From contig CAWABZ010000001.1 in assembly GCA_963780425.1 (NCBI GenBank), forward strand, positions 13,084 through 77,083: a stretch of 64,000 nt of DNA. The letters run 5' to 3'. Positions 51,091 through 59,819 of this stretch are shown here, in pieces (position 1 is the first letter of the stretch; each line of letters starts with the position of its first letter). Position numbers and translations under genes: made by a program. This DNA is from an uncultured Chloroflexia bacterium. Its GTDB lineage: Bacteria; Chloroflexota; Limnocylindria; Limnocylindrales; CSP1-4. The notes beneath the pieces were generated by a model. That model saw only the letters and a program-made list of their open reading frames with translations, was not told the origin of the DNA and made no database searches.

Positions 51091-51963
51091 CTACGGCGTC
51101 GCCGCTCGGCGGACCTCGTAGCCGCCGCCCTCGGCGACACGGATCTCATAGCTCGGCTGGTCGTAGACCGTCGGGCCCCGTCGGGCGAGGCCGTCGGTCA
51201 GGCGGTATCGCGAGAAGTGCCAGGGGCACTCGATGCAGCCGTCGACCAGCCGGCCCTCGTTCAATGGGCCCCCTGCATGAGCGCACACGTTGTGCATCGC
51301 GTGGACCGTGCCCCCGATCCGCACCACCATGAGGTCGTTGATGCCGGCGCGCATCTTGGTCGGGGTCGCCTCGGGAAGTTGGTCGAGATCGGTCACGGTG
51401 CCCGTGTCGAGGCGGACCCACTTGGTGCCGGCGCCGCGGAACGCGTGGCGGCTGACCATGTTGCCGAGCACATACGCGACGTCCCCGCCGACGAACGCCC
51501 CTGCGGTGACGACGAGGAACGCGATGATCGACAGCGCGATCGGCACGGTCCGGTCGGCGGGCGCGCCGGCGCGCATCAGCGCCGAGACGACCAGGATCAG
51601 CAGGCTCACCGTCATGAGCGATGCGTGCAGGGTCGCCCGGGTCAGTGGCGCGCCGGTCGTCTCGCTGTAGTCGGCCAGGCCTGACACCGCCGACAGGAGC
51701 ATGAATAGGATCGTCCCGATCAGGACGATGTCGGCCGCCGTCGGCTGACCGAGCACATCCAGGATGACCACCCCGAGCAGCATCCCGATCGGGATGTCGG
51801 TCGACGCGGCATGGAGCGGGTGGCCGAGCCAGCGGCCGTTGAGCAGATCCCGGATCGGCGGCATGGCGCGGAACAGGGCCGAGGTCCAGCGATGGTTGAA
51901 CTCACCGAATGGCCGTGCCCAGCCGTCGTTCAGTGATACCAGTCGAGCCAGCAGTCGTGCCAT
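51091..51963 (-). CDS. DUF2231 membrane domain fused to Rieske 2Fe-2S domain
   Basis: WLGHPLHAASTDIPIG, GLADY, CAHAGGPL..CPWH; GGAGG RBS. Confidence 0.85.
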   Translation of the reverse strand: MARLLARLVSLNDGWARPFGEFNHRWTSALFRAMPPIRDLLNGRWLGHPLHAASTDIPIGMLLGVVILDVLGQPTAADIVLIGTILFMLLSAVSGLADYSETTGAPLTRATLHASLMTVSLLILVVSALMRAGAPADRTVPIALSIIAFLVVTAGAFVGGDVAYVLGNMVSRHAFRGAGTKWVRLDTGTVTDLDQLPEATPTKMRAGINDLMVVRIGGTVHAMHNVCAHAGGPLNEGRLVDGCIECPWHFSRYRLTDGLARRGPTVYDQPSYEIRVAEGGGYEVRRAATP

Positions 51964-52106
51964 CGACCCACCTCCCGTCGAAGGAATCTACGCCGTCCCT
52001 GACTTGCATGGATGTTGCAGGACTGGCCGTCCACATTCCGTCCACACCGGCGGAAAACTCGGGGATAAGCCAAAGGCGATTCGGACGAAGTTCGTGGATA
52101 AGGCGG

Positions 52107-52136
52107 TTGTGGCCGTGTCGACCCGGCGGGTACATT
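52107..52136 (+). promoter_or_regulatory. Candidate sigma70 promoter for the downstream RNA
   Basis: TTGTGG(52107)-N18-TACATT(52131), ending 5 nt before the 5' end of the predicted helix. Confidence 0.45.
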
Positions 52137-52141
52137 TCGTC

Positions 52142-52328
52142 GTGCCCGAAGGGGCAGGTGCGAACCGCCAGACCGCACCGGGGAGTGATCCTCGGGACGG
52201 TCCCGGGAGCCGGGTTCGATGGTCGCAAGGCCGTCGAGCGAGGAACCCGGGCGGAGCGTAAGGACTCCGGACTTGTTCGGAGCCGTTACGAGACGACAGG
52301 TGGTCCTCCCACCAGTTCCTTCGGGCGC
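52142..52328 (+). ncRNA. 187-nt rod-like non-coding RNA candidate, possibly 6S RNA
   Basis: 5' GTGCCCGAAGG pairs with 3' CCTTCGGGCGC; imperfect helix continues to 52169/52299; central bubble; CCGGGTTC/GAACCCGG stem; GCAA tetraloop; TTTCG tail. Confidence 0.5.
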
Positions 52329-52681
52329 TTTCGTGTGCGCGGGAGCTCTCCGTCGCCCTCCGATGCGCCGCGAACGTGTTTCCTGGACTGCACAACCGGG
52401 CCGAAGCGATCTCGCCGTCGCTCCGCAGCGCCCGACCTTGTCTGTGAGGTACGGGATCTCGTCGCCGCGTCGGTCCGACCATGAACTACGCGGATGGCAG
52501 CGTCCTTAGGTCCGCAAGAGGTCGGTTAGACCTCGCTCTAGGCCCCTCCGACCAGCCATAAGGCCTCTCTGGATGCGCGATGTGCATGGTCGACGGCGCT
52601 GAAGGAGTCGATGGCGGCCCGGATCTCGACTTTGCGTCGCTGTGATGCGCGTATTTCATGGTTGGGGCGGGGATTTACGAC

Positions 52682-52750
52682 GCCGGGCGGGAGCTCGGGA
52701 GGCCGGGCGGGAGCTCGGGAGGCCGGGCGGGGATTCGGGCGGCCGGGCGG
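52682..52750 (+). repeat. About 3.5 copies of a 20-bp unit
   Basis: GGCCGGGCGGGAGCTCGGGA repeated, last copies degenerate. Confidence 0.8.
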
Positions 52751-52823
52751 CGGCAGTCTGCCAGGCACGCGTTCGACCGATCACCGTGTGCGCCGACACG
52801 CTCGGCACGTTAGCCTCGCGCCG

Positions 52824-54083
52824 GTGACCCCGCCTCCTGAGCCCCGCCCCGCCGAGGACTGGCGCCGTCTGCTGCTCGTCTTCTGGCTCACCTCGATGGT
52901 CGAGGCGCTCGGCGTCAGCCAGATCTTCGCGCTCGTCCCGACGTACCTCCGCGAGATGGGCGTGGCGCAGGACGACCGGCTGGCGTTCGTCGGCCTGTTC
53001 AGCGCGCTGATCTTCGTCGTGGGCATGCCGCTCGTTCCGCTGTGGGGCGTGTGGGCCGACAAATACAGCCGCAAAGCCGTCATCGTGCGGAGTGCGCTCG
53101 TCGAGGCCGTGGTGTTCGCCGGCGTGGCGTTGTCGCGCGAACCCTGGCAGCTCGCGCTGAGCATGCTGCTGATCGGCTTCCAACTCGGCAATACAGGCGT
53201 GATGCTGGCCGGCATCCGCGACGTCACGCCGCGCGCCCGGCTCGGCACGGTCATGGGGGTCTTCGGTGCCTCCACGGCCGTCGGCTTGGCGCTCGGGCCA
53301 GCATTGGCCGGACTCCTGATCGACGGCTTTGGCTGGTCGTTGTCGGCAGTGTTCTGGTTGTCCGCGGGCCTGTCGATCGCGACGGCACTGCTGGTCACGT
53401 TCGGCTCACGCGAGGTGCGCCCATCCGTGATCCCGCAGGGACGGGTCGTCACCCTCGCGTTCGGGGCGATGCGGGCCGTTCTGACGGACGCGACCGTCCG
53501 CCGGATCTTCCTGATCTTCGGCGTCTCGTTCCTGGCCACGCAGATGAGCCGGCCATACCTTCCGGTCGTCGTCGAGGGTCTCGCCGGGACGGGTGCCGGC
53601 CTGGCGTCAGCGATCGCGCTCGTGATGGGCACCGCTGCCCTCGTCGGCGGGCTCATCGCGCCGCTCGGTGGCTGGCTAGGTGACCGGGTCGGGTTCCGGC
53701 CGGTCCTCGTGGCGGCTCTCGCGGGTGGCGGCGTGGTCCTCGCGCTGATGCCGTTCGTGCCGTCGGTGGCCGCGCTCGCCGGTCTGGCAGTGATCCTCGC
53801 CGCGGCCACGGCGACGGTCAGCGCGATGGTCTTCGGCATGTTGGCGACCGACGTGCCGGCCGACCGCCGCTCCGCCACGCTCAATCTCGTCTACCTGCCG
53901 CTCTACGCGGCGGGGATCGTCGGGCCGGCGCTCGGTGCCGCCGTTGTCGGCGTCGGTGGGCTTCCCGCACCGTTCGTCCTCGGCGCGGCGGTGTTCATCG
54001 GTGGCGCCATCGTGATCGCGACGCGCCGGTCGGTCAGGCCGGCCGTCGCTGCGGCCGCTGGTACCGCGAGTCTTGATCCTTGA
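52824..54083 (+). CDS. MFS transporter (DHA1-like)
   Basis: WGVWADKYSRK and GGWLGDRVGFR motif-A variants, about 12 TM helices; TAGCCT -10 seven nt upstream of GTG. Confidence 0.88.
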   Translation: MTPPPEPRPAEDWRRLLLVFWLTSMVEALGVSQIFALVPTYLREMGVAQDDRLAFVGLFSALIFVVGMPLVPLWGVWADKYSRKAVIVRSALVEAVVFAGVALSREPWQLALSMLLIGFQLGNTGVMLAGIRDVTPRARLGTVMGVFGASTAVGLALGPALAGLLIDGFGWSLSAVFWLSAGLSIATALLVTFGSREVRPSVIPQGRVVTLAFGAMRAVLTDATVRRIFLIFGVSFLATQMSRPYLPVVVEGLAGTGAGLASAIALVMGTAALVGGLIAPLGGWLGDRVGFRPVLVAALAGGGVVLALMPFVPSVAALAGLAVILAAATATVSAMVFGMLATDVPADRRSATLNLVYLPLYAAGIVGPALGAAVVGVGGLPAPFVLGAAVFIGGAIVIATRRSVRPAVAAAAGTASLDP

Positions 54084-54102
54084 CGGACGACCGGAAACGG
54101 AG

Positions 54103-54138
54103 GCGCCGACGGACGCCCCCCAGACGAACCGTCGGCGC
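54103..54138. terminator. Hairpin between convergent genes
   Basis: GCGCCGACGG / CCGTCGGCGC perfect 10-bp stem. Confidence 0.5.
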
Positions 54139-54248
54139 AGGGATCCAGCAGCTGTGTTCATACATCCATACGACGCAGCGTCGCCGTCGGATCATCTGCC
54201 GGCCAGCCGTCGCATCCCGATCCGCCGGGTTAGGCCTAGGTCGGGTCG

Positions 54249-54320
54249 CGGCTGGACCGGGTCGCCTGGACCGGGTCGCGCCTGGACCGGGTCACCTGGA
54301 CCGGGTTGCGCCTAGACCGG
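54249..54320 (+). repeat. Tandem CCTGGACCGGGTCG(CG)-type units (5-6 copies)
   Basis: Alternating 14 and 16 nt units, visible directly in the sequence. Confidence 0.75.
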
Positions 54321-55202
54321 CTCGATCGCTGCGCGGGTCGGCGCCCGGCCGGCCGGGCGCATGGGCGCAACGGGTTCGCGCAGCGCGATGACCGCGAGGA
54401 GCATCGACAGCCCGCCGTACCACAGTGCCGGCAGGGCCAGCATCCCGGCGACGGGGACCGTCCAGCGGCGGCCCGTCCAAGCGCCCCAAACGACGAGCGC
54501 GATCGCGAACGGCAGCCGCACGACGAACGGGATCGGGATGGCGGCCCATGTCCCGTCCCGACCCGCGACTCGGCTCAGGACCTCGCCCCATGCGAGCCAG
54601 GCATCGGGCCACACGAGGAACGACACCCCCACGATGGCCGCCGTGGCCCCGAGCGCGATCGCCAGCTCCCGCCATTCGCGCCGCACGACGAACCACAGCA
54701 AGCCGATGCCGGGCGTGATCTTCGTCAGCAGCACGAGCGCCCACATCCATGGCCAGCGGAACGCGAGCACGATGGCGGCGGCCAGCAGAAGGTGGATGTT
54801 CCCGCCCGCAAGCTCCATCGCACCGAGCACGATGCCGACCGCCAGCCAGCGTCGACCGGTCAGAACGTACGTCGCCCCGAGCAGGATCGCGGTCCAGGCC
54901 GCCATGAACGCCTGCCACGGCAGCACCCGGATGGGCTGCAGCAACTGCAGGAACGCGGGCGAGTAGACGTAGGCGATCGGATCGGTCCAGTCGGACCGGG
55001 CGTACGGGTCTGCGAGGGTCGGGAACCAGTAGCAGTAGGCGTCCTGGCCGGTCCCCCACAGGCGGCCCCACGGGGACGAGAACGCGACGATCGCCGCCCA
55101 CGCGACGACGGCCATGCCCGGGCCGACCCATGGATGCCGATCGAGCCAGTCCCCGAGGCCCCGGGACCACGCCTGGAACCGGTCGGCGAAGGGTCCGGTC
55201 AT
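54312..55202 (-). CDS. GT87 / DUF2029 membrane glycosyltransferase
   Basis: QDAYCY, YVYSPAF, GNIHLLL, LTKITPG; multiple TM helices. Confidence 0.8.
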   Translation of the reverse strand: MTGPFADRFQAWSRGLGDWLDRHPWVGPGMAVVAWAAIVAFSSPWGRLWGTGQDAYCYWFPTLADPYARSDWTDPIAYVYSPAFLQLLQPIRVLPWQAFMAAWTAILLGATYVLTGRRWLAVGIVLGAMELAGGNIHLLLAAAIVLAFRWPWMWALVLLTKITPGIGLLWFVVRREWRELAIALGATAAIVGVSFLVWPDAWLAWGEVLSRVAGRDGTWAAIPIPFVVRLPFAIALVVWGAWTGRRWTVPVAGMLALPALWYGGLSMLLAVIALREPVAPMRPAGRAPTRAAIEPV

Positions 55203-55228
55203 CGCATCCCGTGCCGTACCATTCCGCC

Positions 55229-56224
55229 GTGCCCAACCTGCCTTTTCCGCGCGGCCCGCGCCGTCGTCGCCCCGGCGACGAGGCCGATGTCGTCATGCCC
55301 GAGACGGTCGCAGATCCGGACATCATCGAGGCTGCCGGCATCCGCTGGATCCACATCGAGTCGCCGCGCACCGCCGACCGCGACTGGCTGGAAGAGCACT
55401 TCGATTTCCACCCGCTCGACTATGAGGACGTCTTCTCGCGCAACCAGCGCCCGAAGCTCGATCAGTACGACGACTACGTCTTCATCGTGCTGCACTTCCC
55501 ACTCTTCGACAAGGACAGCGGGCGCATCCTGACGGCCGAGCTCGACCTGTTCATGGGGCCCGACTACGTCATCACTCTGCCCAACATCCCGCTGCCGCCG
55601 CTGTCGGCGATGTTCGAGCGCTACCGGGAGAAGGACGACCTGCGCCAGGAGATCTTTGCGCAGGGGCCTGGCTACCTCCTCTACAAGATCGTCGACACCG
55701 GGGTCGATGCGTCGTTCCCGATGCTGCGCAAGACGCTGCTCAAGCTCGAGCGGCTCGAGGACGACATCTTCGAGGGCCGCTCCTCGGAGATCGTGCGCGA
55801 CCTGTCCGACACCAAGCAGGAGATCATCAACTTCCGCAAGATCGTCCGCCCCCAGCGCGCGGTGCTGCGCGACCTCGAGCGCACGAAGCAGCGCTACCTC
55901 CAGGAAGGGCTGGAGATCTATTTCGACGACATCTCCGACGCCGCGGAGCGAATCTGGGAGCTGCTCGAGAATTACAAGGAGGTCATCGAGGGGCTCGAGT
56001 CGACGAACAAATCGGTGCTGTCGCACCAGCTGAACGAGTCGTTCCGGATCCTTACCGCGGCGAGCGTCGTGTTGCTGCCGTTGACGCTCATCGCGAGCAT
56101 CTTCGGGATGAACGTGCACTTCCCGGGCGAAGGTGAAGCCATCACCTTCTGGATCATCCTCGGGCTACTCGCCGCGCTCCTGGTCGGGCTCGTGATCCTA
56201 TTCCGCCGCCGCGGCTGGCTGTAG
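55229..56224 (+). CDS. corA: CorA family Mg/Co transporter
   Basis: HPLDYED, QRPKLD, PLTLIASIFGMN; TACCAT -10 six nt upstream. Confidence 0.9.
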   Translation: MPNLPFPRGPRRRRPGDEADVVMPETVADPDIIEAAGIRWIHIESPRTADRDWLEEHFDFHPLDYEDVFSRNQRPKLDQYDDYVFIVLHFPLFDKDSGRILTAELDLFMGPDYVITLPNIPLPPLSAMFERYREKDDLRQEIFAQGPGYLLYKIVDTGVDASFPMLRKTLLKLERLEDDIFEGRSSEIVRDLSDTKQEIINFRKIVRPQRAVLRDLERTKQRYLQEGLEIYFDDISDAAERIWELLENYKEVIEGLESTNKSVLSHQLNESFRILTAASVVLLPLTLIASIFGMNVHFPGEGEAITFWIILGLLAALLVGLVILFRRRGWL

Positions 56225-56241
56225 CGCATCTCGACAGGACG

Positions 56242-57375
56242 TCAGCCCGGGAGGTCGCGCTCCCCGGGGCCGACATAGTTCACGTCCGGGCGGATGAGCC
56301 GGTTGTTGGCCGCCTGCTCCAGGACATGGGCGGTCCAGCCCGCATGACGGGCCAGCGAGAACGTGGCCGGGAACAGGTCCGGACTCAGCCCGACGCCCAT
56401 GAGGACCGGCGCCGCGTAGAACTCCACATTCGTCTTCAGCGGGCGCTCGGGGTGCTTCTCGGCAAGGACACGCAGGGCGACGTCCTCGACCTCGGTCGCG
56501 AGCTGCAGCCAGTCGGGCTTGTGCTCCATGCCCTCCGCAACTTTCCGGAGAGCCGCGGCGCGCGGGTCGTAGGCGCGGTATACGCGATGCCCGAAGCCCA
56601 TGAGCCGCTCGCCGCGTCCCAACGTCTCGCGGATCCATGCCTCGGCGTGATCCGCCGAACCGACCTGCGCCAGCTGGTCGACAACTTCTGAGGGTGCCCC
56701 GCCGTGGAGCGGTCCCTTCATCGTGCCGATCGCGCCGACGACCGCCGACGCGATGTCGGACCGAGTGGAGGTGATCACGCGCGCCGCGAACGTCGAGGCG
56801 TTGAAGCTGTGTTCGGCGCCGACGATGAAGTACGCATCGAGCGCCTTGGCCGTGCTCGCGTCGGGCCGCTGCCCGGTGAGCTGGTACAGGAACCCGGCCG
56901 TCAGGTCGAGGTCGGGATCGGGATCGACCGGCTCCTTGCCGGAGCGGAGCCGGGCGAAGGCCGCCAACGCCGACGGCGAGAACGCGGTAAGGGCCCGTGC
57001 CTGCTCGACGGTCGGTGGCCAGGGCAGGTCCTGTGTCGCCCCCCAGGCCGACACCGCCGTCCGAAGCGCATCCATCGGCTTGGCTGCCGAGGGCAGTGCG
57101 CGCAGGACGTCCATGACGGCTTTCGGGACGGCCGTGGTCGGGAGCCGCTGGGACGGATCCCAGTCGCCGGTCCACAGCAGATGCGCGATCGATGCGTAGG
57201 TGCCCCGGTCGACGAGGTCGCCGATCCGATACCCGCGGTACAGCAGGCGGCCTGCGGCGCCATCGACGAACGACAGGCTGGTTTCACCGGCGATCACGCC
57301 CTCAAGACCGGGGGAGTACGGCCGCGCGGCCTGGAGGTCCTCGGTCGGAGCGTCGGCAGGGGGAGAGTCCGTCAA
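56242..57375 (-). CDS. Citrate / methylcitrate synthase family protein
   Basis: PGLEGV, LLYRGY, AEHSFNAST, GPLHGGA, GFGHRVY, NVEFY; TTG start overlaps upstream stop. Confidence 0.9.
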   Translation of the reverse strand: MTDSPPADAPTEDLQAARPYSPGLEGVIAGETSLSFVDGAAGRLLYRGYRIGDLVDRGTYASIAHLLWTGDWDPSQRLPTTAVPKAVMDVLRALPSAAKPMDALRTAVSAWGATQDLPWPPTVEQARALTAFSPSALAAFARLRSGKEPVDPDPDLDLTAGFLYQLTGQRPDASTAKALDAYFIVGAEHSFNASTFAARVITSTRSDIASAVVGAIGTMKGPLHGGAPSEVVDQLAQVGSADHAEAWIRETLGRGERLMGFGHRVYRAYDPRAAALRKVAEGMEHKPDWLQLATEVEDVALRVLAEKHPERPLKTNVEFYAAPVLMGVGLSPDLFPATFSLARHAGWTAHVLEQAANNRLIRPDVNYVGPGERDLPG

Positions 57376-57632
57376 CGGTCCCTGTCCAGCGCGTTCAGGA
57401 TGAGCCGGACGACGATCGATCCGAGCGTGGCCGCGACGATGGCGGCGATCAGCCCGTTGACCGGGCCGAAGCCCAGCTGCTGTGCGAGCCAGCCGCCGAC
57501 GATCCCACCGACGATGCCGACGACGACGTTCGGCAGGCAGCCGCGCGCCGTCCGACCGCCGACCAGCGCGCCCGAGATGGCGCCCGCGATGAGGCCGACG
57601 AAGATCCACCCGAAGATCCCAAGATCAAGCAC
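57372..57632 (-). CDS. GlsB/YeaQ/YmgE (transglycosylase-associated) membrane protein
   Basis: GWIFVGLIAG.I, NVVVGIVGGIVGG. Confidence 0.85.
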   Translation of the reverse strand: MLDLGIFGWIFVGLIAGAISGALVGGRTARGCLPNVVVGIVGGIVGGWLAQQLGFGPVNGLIAAIVAATLGSIVVRLILNALDRDR

Positions 57633-57700
57633 GGTCGGAGTATCCCACGGCGACGCCGCGCTCGAGGCGCGGTGCGACGACCGTCGCCGTCACGAAGGCC

Positions 57701-58519
57701 TCACGGCTCGACGAGGAACGAAGCGATCGCCTCGACCATCGTGTCCGGATGGGTGTGATGCGCGGCGTGGCGTGCCCCGTCGATCACCACGACCCGCCCG
57801 TCCGCGAGTCGCTCGTCGAGCGCGACGGTGGCCTCGCGGAAGGCGGCCACGCTGTCGCCGCCCAGGATCTGCAGCACCGGCTGGCGCACTCGACCGAGCG
57901 CGTCGAGACCCGCGGCACCCGCCTTGCCCTCTGCCGCCAGCTCCCGTGGGATCGTGTGCGCGGCCGCGACGCGCAGCGGCCAGACGGGGTCGGCCCGATA
58001 GGCCGCGAGCGCCGCGTCGTCCATCCCGACGACGCGGCGCATGAAGGCTTCGAGCACCGCCTCGGGGCGACCCGCCCGATCGAGATCCGCCAGCTCATCC
58101 GCCAGGGTCTCGTCGCCGTAGCGCACGTCCACCGTCGCCGGCGCCCCCTCGTAGGACACGACCCGACGGATGGACTCCGTTAGCCGCGCGGCCCCGAGGG
58201 CGCATCGACCGCCATAGGAGTGACCGATCACAACGACGCCCGCGCCGGTCTGGGTCGCGAGGCTGTCTGCGACGGCCGCCACGTCCTCGAACTCCCGCTC
58301 GATGGCGTACGGCGGCGTGTCGCCCGAAGCACCGCGACCGCGGCGGTCGATCGCCTGGACCGTGAACCTCTCGGCGAGCATCGGCCCGATCACCCGGAAC
58401 GTGGTGTGGTCGGCGGCGGCGCCATGGACGAGGACGATCGACGGCCCAGCACCTCTCGTGAAGACGGCGATCGGCGTGCCGTCGCGCGACTCGACCAGCT
58501 GCGACGGTGCAGCCGTCAT
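57701..58519 (-). CDS. Alpha/beta hydrolase
   Basis: VHG, IDRRGRGASGD, GHSYGG, ARHAAH. Confidence 0.88.
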   Translation of the reverse strand: MTAAPSQLVESRDGTPIAVFTRGAGPSIVLVHGAAADHTTFRVIGPMLAERFTVQAIDRRGRGASGDTPPYAIEREFEDVAAVADSLATQTGAGVVVIGHSYGGRCALGAARLTESIRRVVSYEGAPATVDVRYGDETLADELADLDRAGRPEAVLEAFMRRVVGMDDAALAAYRADPVWPLRVAAAHTIPRELAAEGKAGAAGLDALGRVRQPVLQILGGDSVAAFREATVALDERLADGRVVVIDGARHAAHHTHPDTMVEAIASFLVEP

Positions 58520-59019
58520 GCAGGGGGCTCAGCCGCGACCACACCACCCTCAGGACGCCAGCGGTAGAGCACGTCCGGCTGGCGCTCCTCGTTCCCGGAC
58601 CCGTCGCCGAACGCGATGGGTACGAACCCATGGCTCTCGTAGAACCGGCGGGCGAAGGCATTGACCTGGAAGCAGTACAGGTCGAGCCCCTCCGGACGGC
58701 GCGCCTTGGCGAGCGCGATGAGACGCCGGCCGAGACCGAGGCCGATCCACTCGGGCGCGACGTACAGCTGCTCCACCTTGGTGTCCGACAGCGCCATCAG
58801 AGCGACGACGCGCCCGTCCTCGCGCGGGTCTGCGGCGACCCACGTCTCGTGCTTCGGCACGAGCTCGGTCGCCAGCCAGCGGCGGACGTCGTCGTCGGGA
58901 TGACTCGGCGGGAAGTCGAACGTGGCACGCCAGGACGCCAGCCACACCTCGCCGATATCGGGTGCGTCGTCGACTGCGGCACGGCGGATGGCCAGTCGAT
59001 CGCTCTCGGACGAGGTCAC
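58516..59019 (-). CDS. GNAT family N-acetyltransferase
   Basis: LYVAPEWIGLGLG, N..ARRFYESHGF, NEERQPD. Confidence 0.85.
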   Translation of the reverse strand: MTSSESDRLAIRRAAVDDAPDIGEVWLASWRATFDFPPSHPDDDVRRWLATELVPKHETWVAADPREDGRVVALMALSDTKVEQLYVAPEWIGLGLGRRLIALAKARRPEGLDLYCFQVNAFARRFYESHGFVPIAFGDGSGNEERQPDVLYRWRPEGGVVAAEPPA

Positions 59020-59819
59020 CTCGCCAGACGCGCCGCGGCCGCCTCGTCGAGGAGCCAGGTCGCGCCGTCGCGCAGCGCGAGCTGTGCGGGGAGCGCCGAC
59101 GGATCGACATCGGGCCCGAAGATGCGGCCGACGATGTCGGCCTTGCCGGCGCCGTAGGCGACCACCAGCACGCGCTCGGCCACCGTGACCACGGCAGGGT
59201 TGAGCGTCACGCGCTCCACGTGCGGCTCGATATGGGTCGGCGCCGGGATCGCGAGTGCCCACCGTTTCGAGTCGAAGGCGCCCGACCCGGGGAACACCGA
59301 CAGCATGTGGCCGTCGCTGCCGACGCCGAGCAGGATCAAGTCGAAGACCGGCCAGCCATCGATCTCCGGGAGGCCGGCCGCCCGGAGCTCTTCCACCAGC
59401 TCCGCCGCACAGGCGGCGGCACTGCGTCCCTGACCGATCGCTTCGCCCGTCTGGAACGGGTGGACGTTGGCGACCGGGATGCGGACCCTGTCTCGGTGGT
59501 CGTCCGAATGGACGCTCTCCCAGCCGCCCGCCTCAAGGAGGATGTCGTCGAAGGGCCGCACGTTCGAGAGGGGGTGGTCACCGGGCACGAACCGGTCGTC
59601 GCCCCACCACGTGTGGACGTCGCGCCAGGGGATCCGGGCGCGGAGATCCGGTGTGAGCATCGCCTGGTAGATCCCGATCGGGGTACTACCCCCGGTCGTC
59701 GCCCAGTCGGCTCGACCGCGTCGCGCGACGGCGAGGCTGAGCGCGTCGGCGATGATCGTCGCGGCGCGAGCCGCGCCGATCACTTTGTCTGGGACGACGA
59801 CCACCTCGGGTCCGCTCAC
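59016..59819 (-). CDS. pgl: 6-phosphogluconolactonase
   Basis: TGGSTP, WWGDDRFVP, DLILLGVGSDGHMLSVFP, RVTL. Confidence 0.9.
   Translation of the reverse strand: MSGPEVVVVPDKVIGAARAATIIADALSLAVARRGRADWATTGGSTPIGIYQAMLTPDLRARIPWRDVHTWWGDDRFVPGDHPLSNVRPFDDILLEAGGWESVHSDDHRDRVRIPVANVHPFQTGEAIGQGRSAAACAAELVEELRAAGLPEIDGWPVFDLILLGVGSDGHMLSVFPGSGAFDSKRWALAIPAPTHIEPHVERVTLNPAVVTVAERVLVVAYGAGKADIVGRIFGPDVDPSALPAQLALRDGATWLLDEAAAARLAR

Noticed and set aside
52142-52328. tmRNA, SRP RNA, RNase P RNA, cobalamin riboswitch or group II intron fragment
   Set aside because: No tRNA-like ends or tag ORF, no SRP helix-8 loop, no GAGGAAAGUCC, cobalamin-like words are in the wrong order, and there is no domain V.
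52330-52561. Small ORFs after the RNA candidate (52481-52561 on +; 51988-52482 on -)
   Set aside because: No RBS, no recognisable motif, and the minus ORF runs antisense through the structured RNA.
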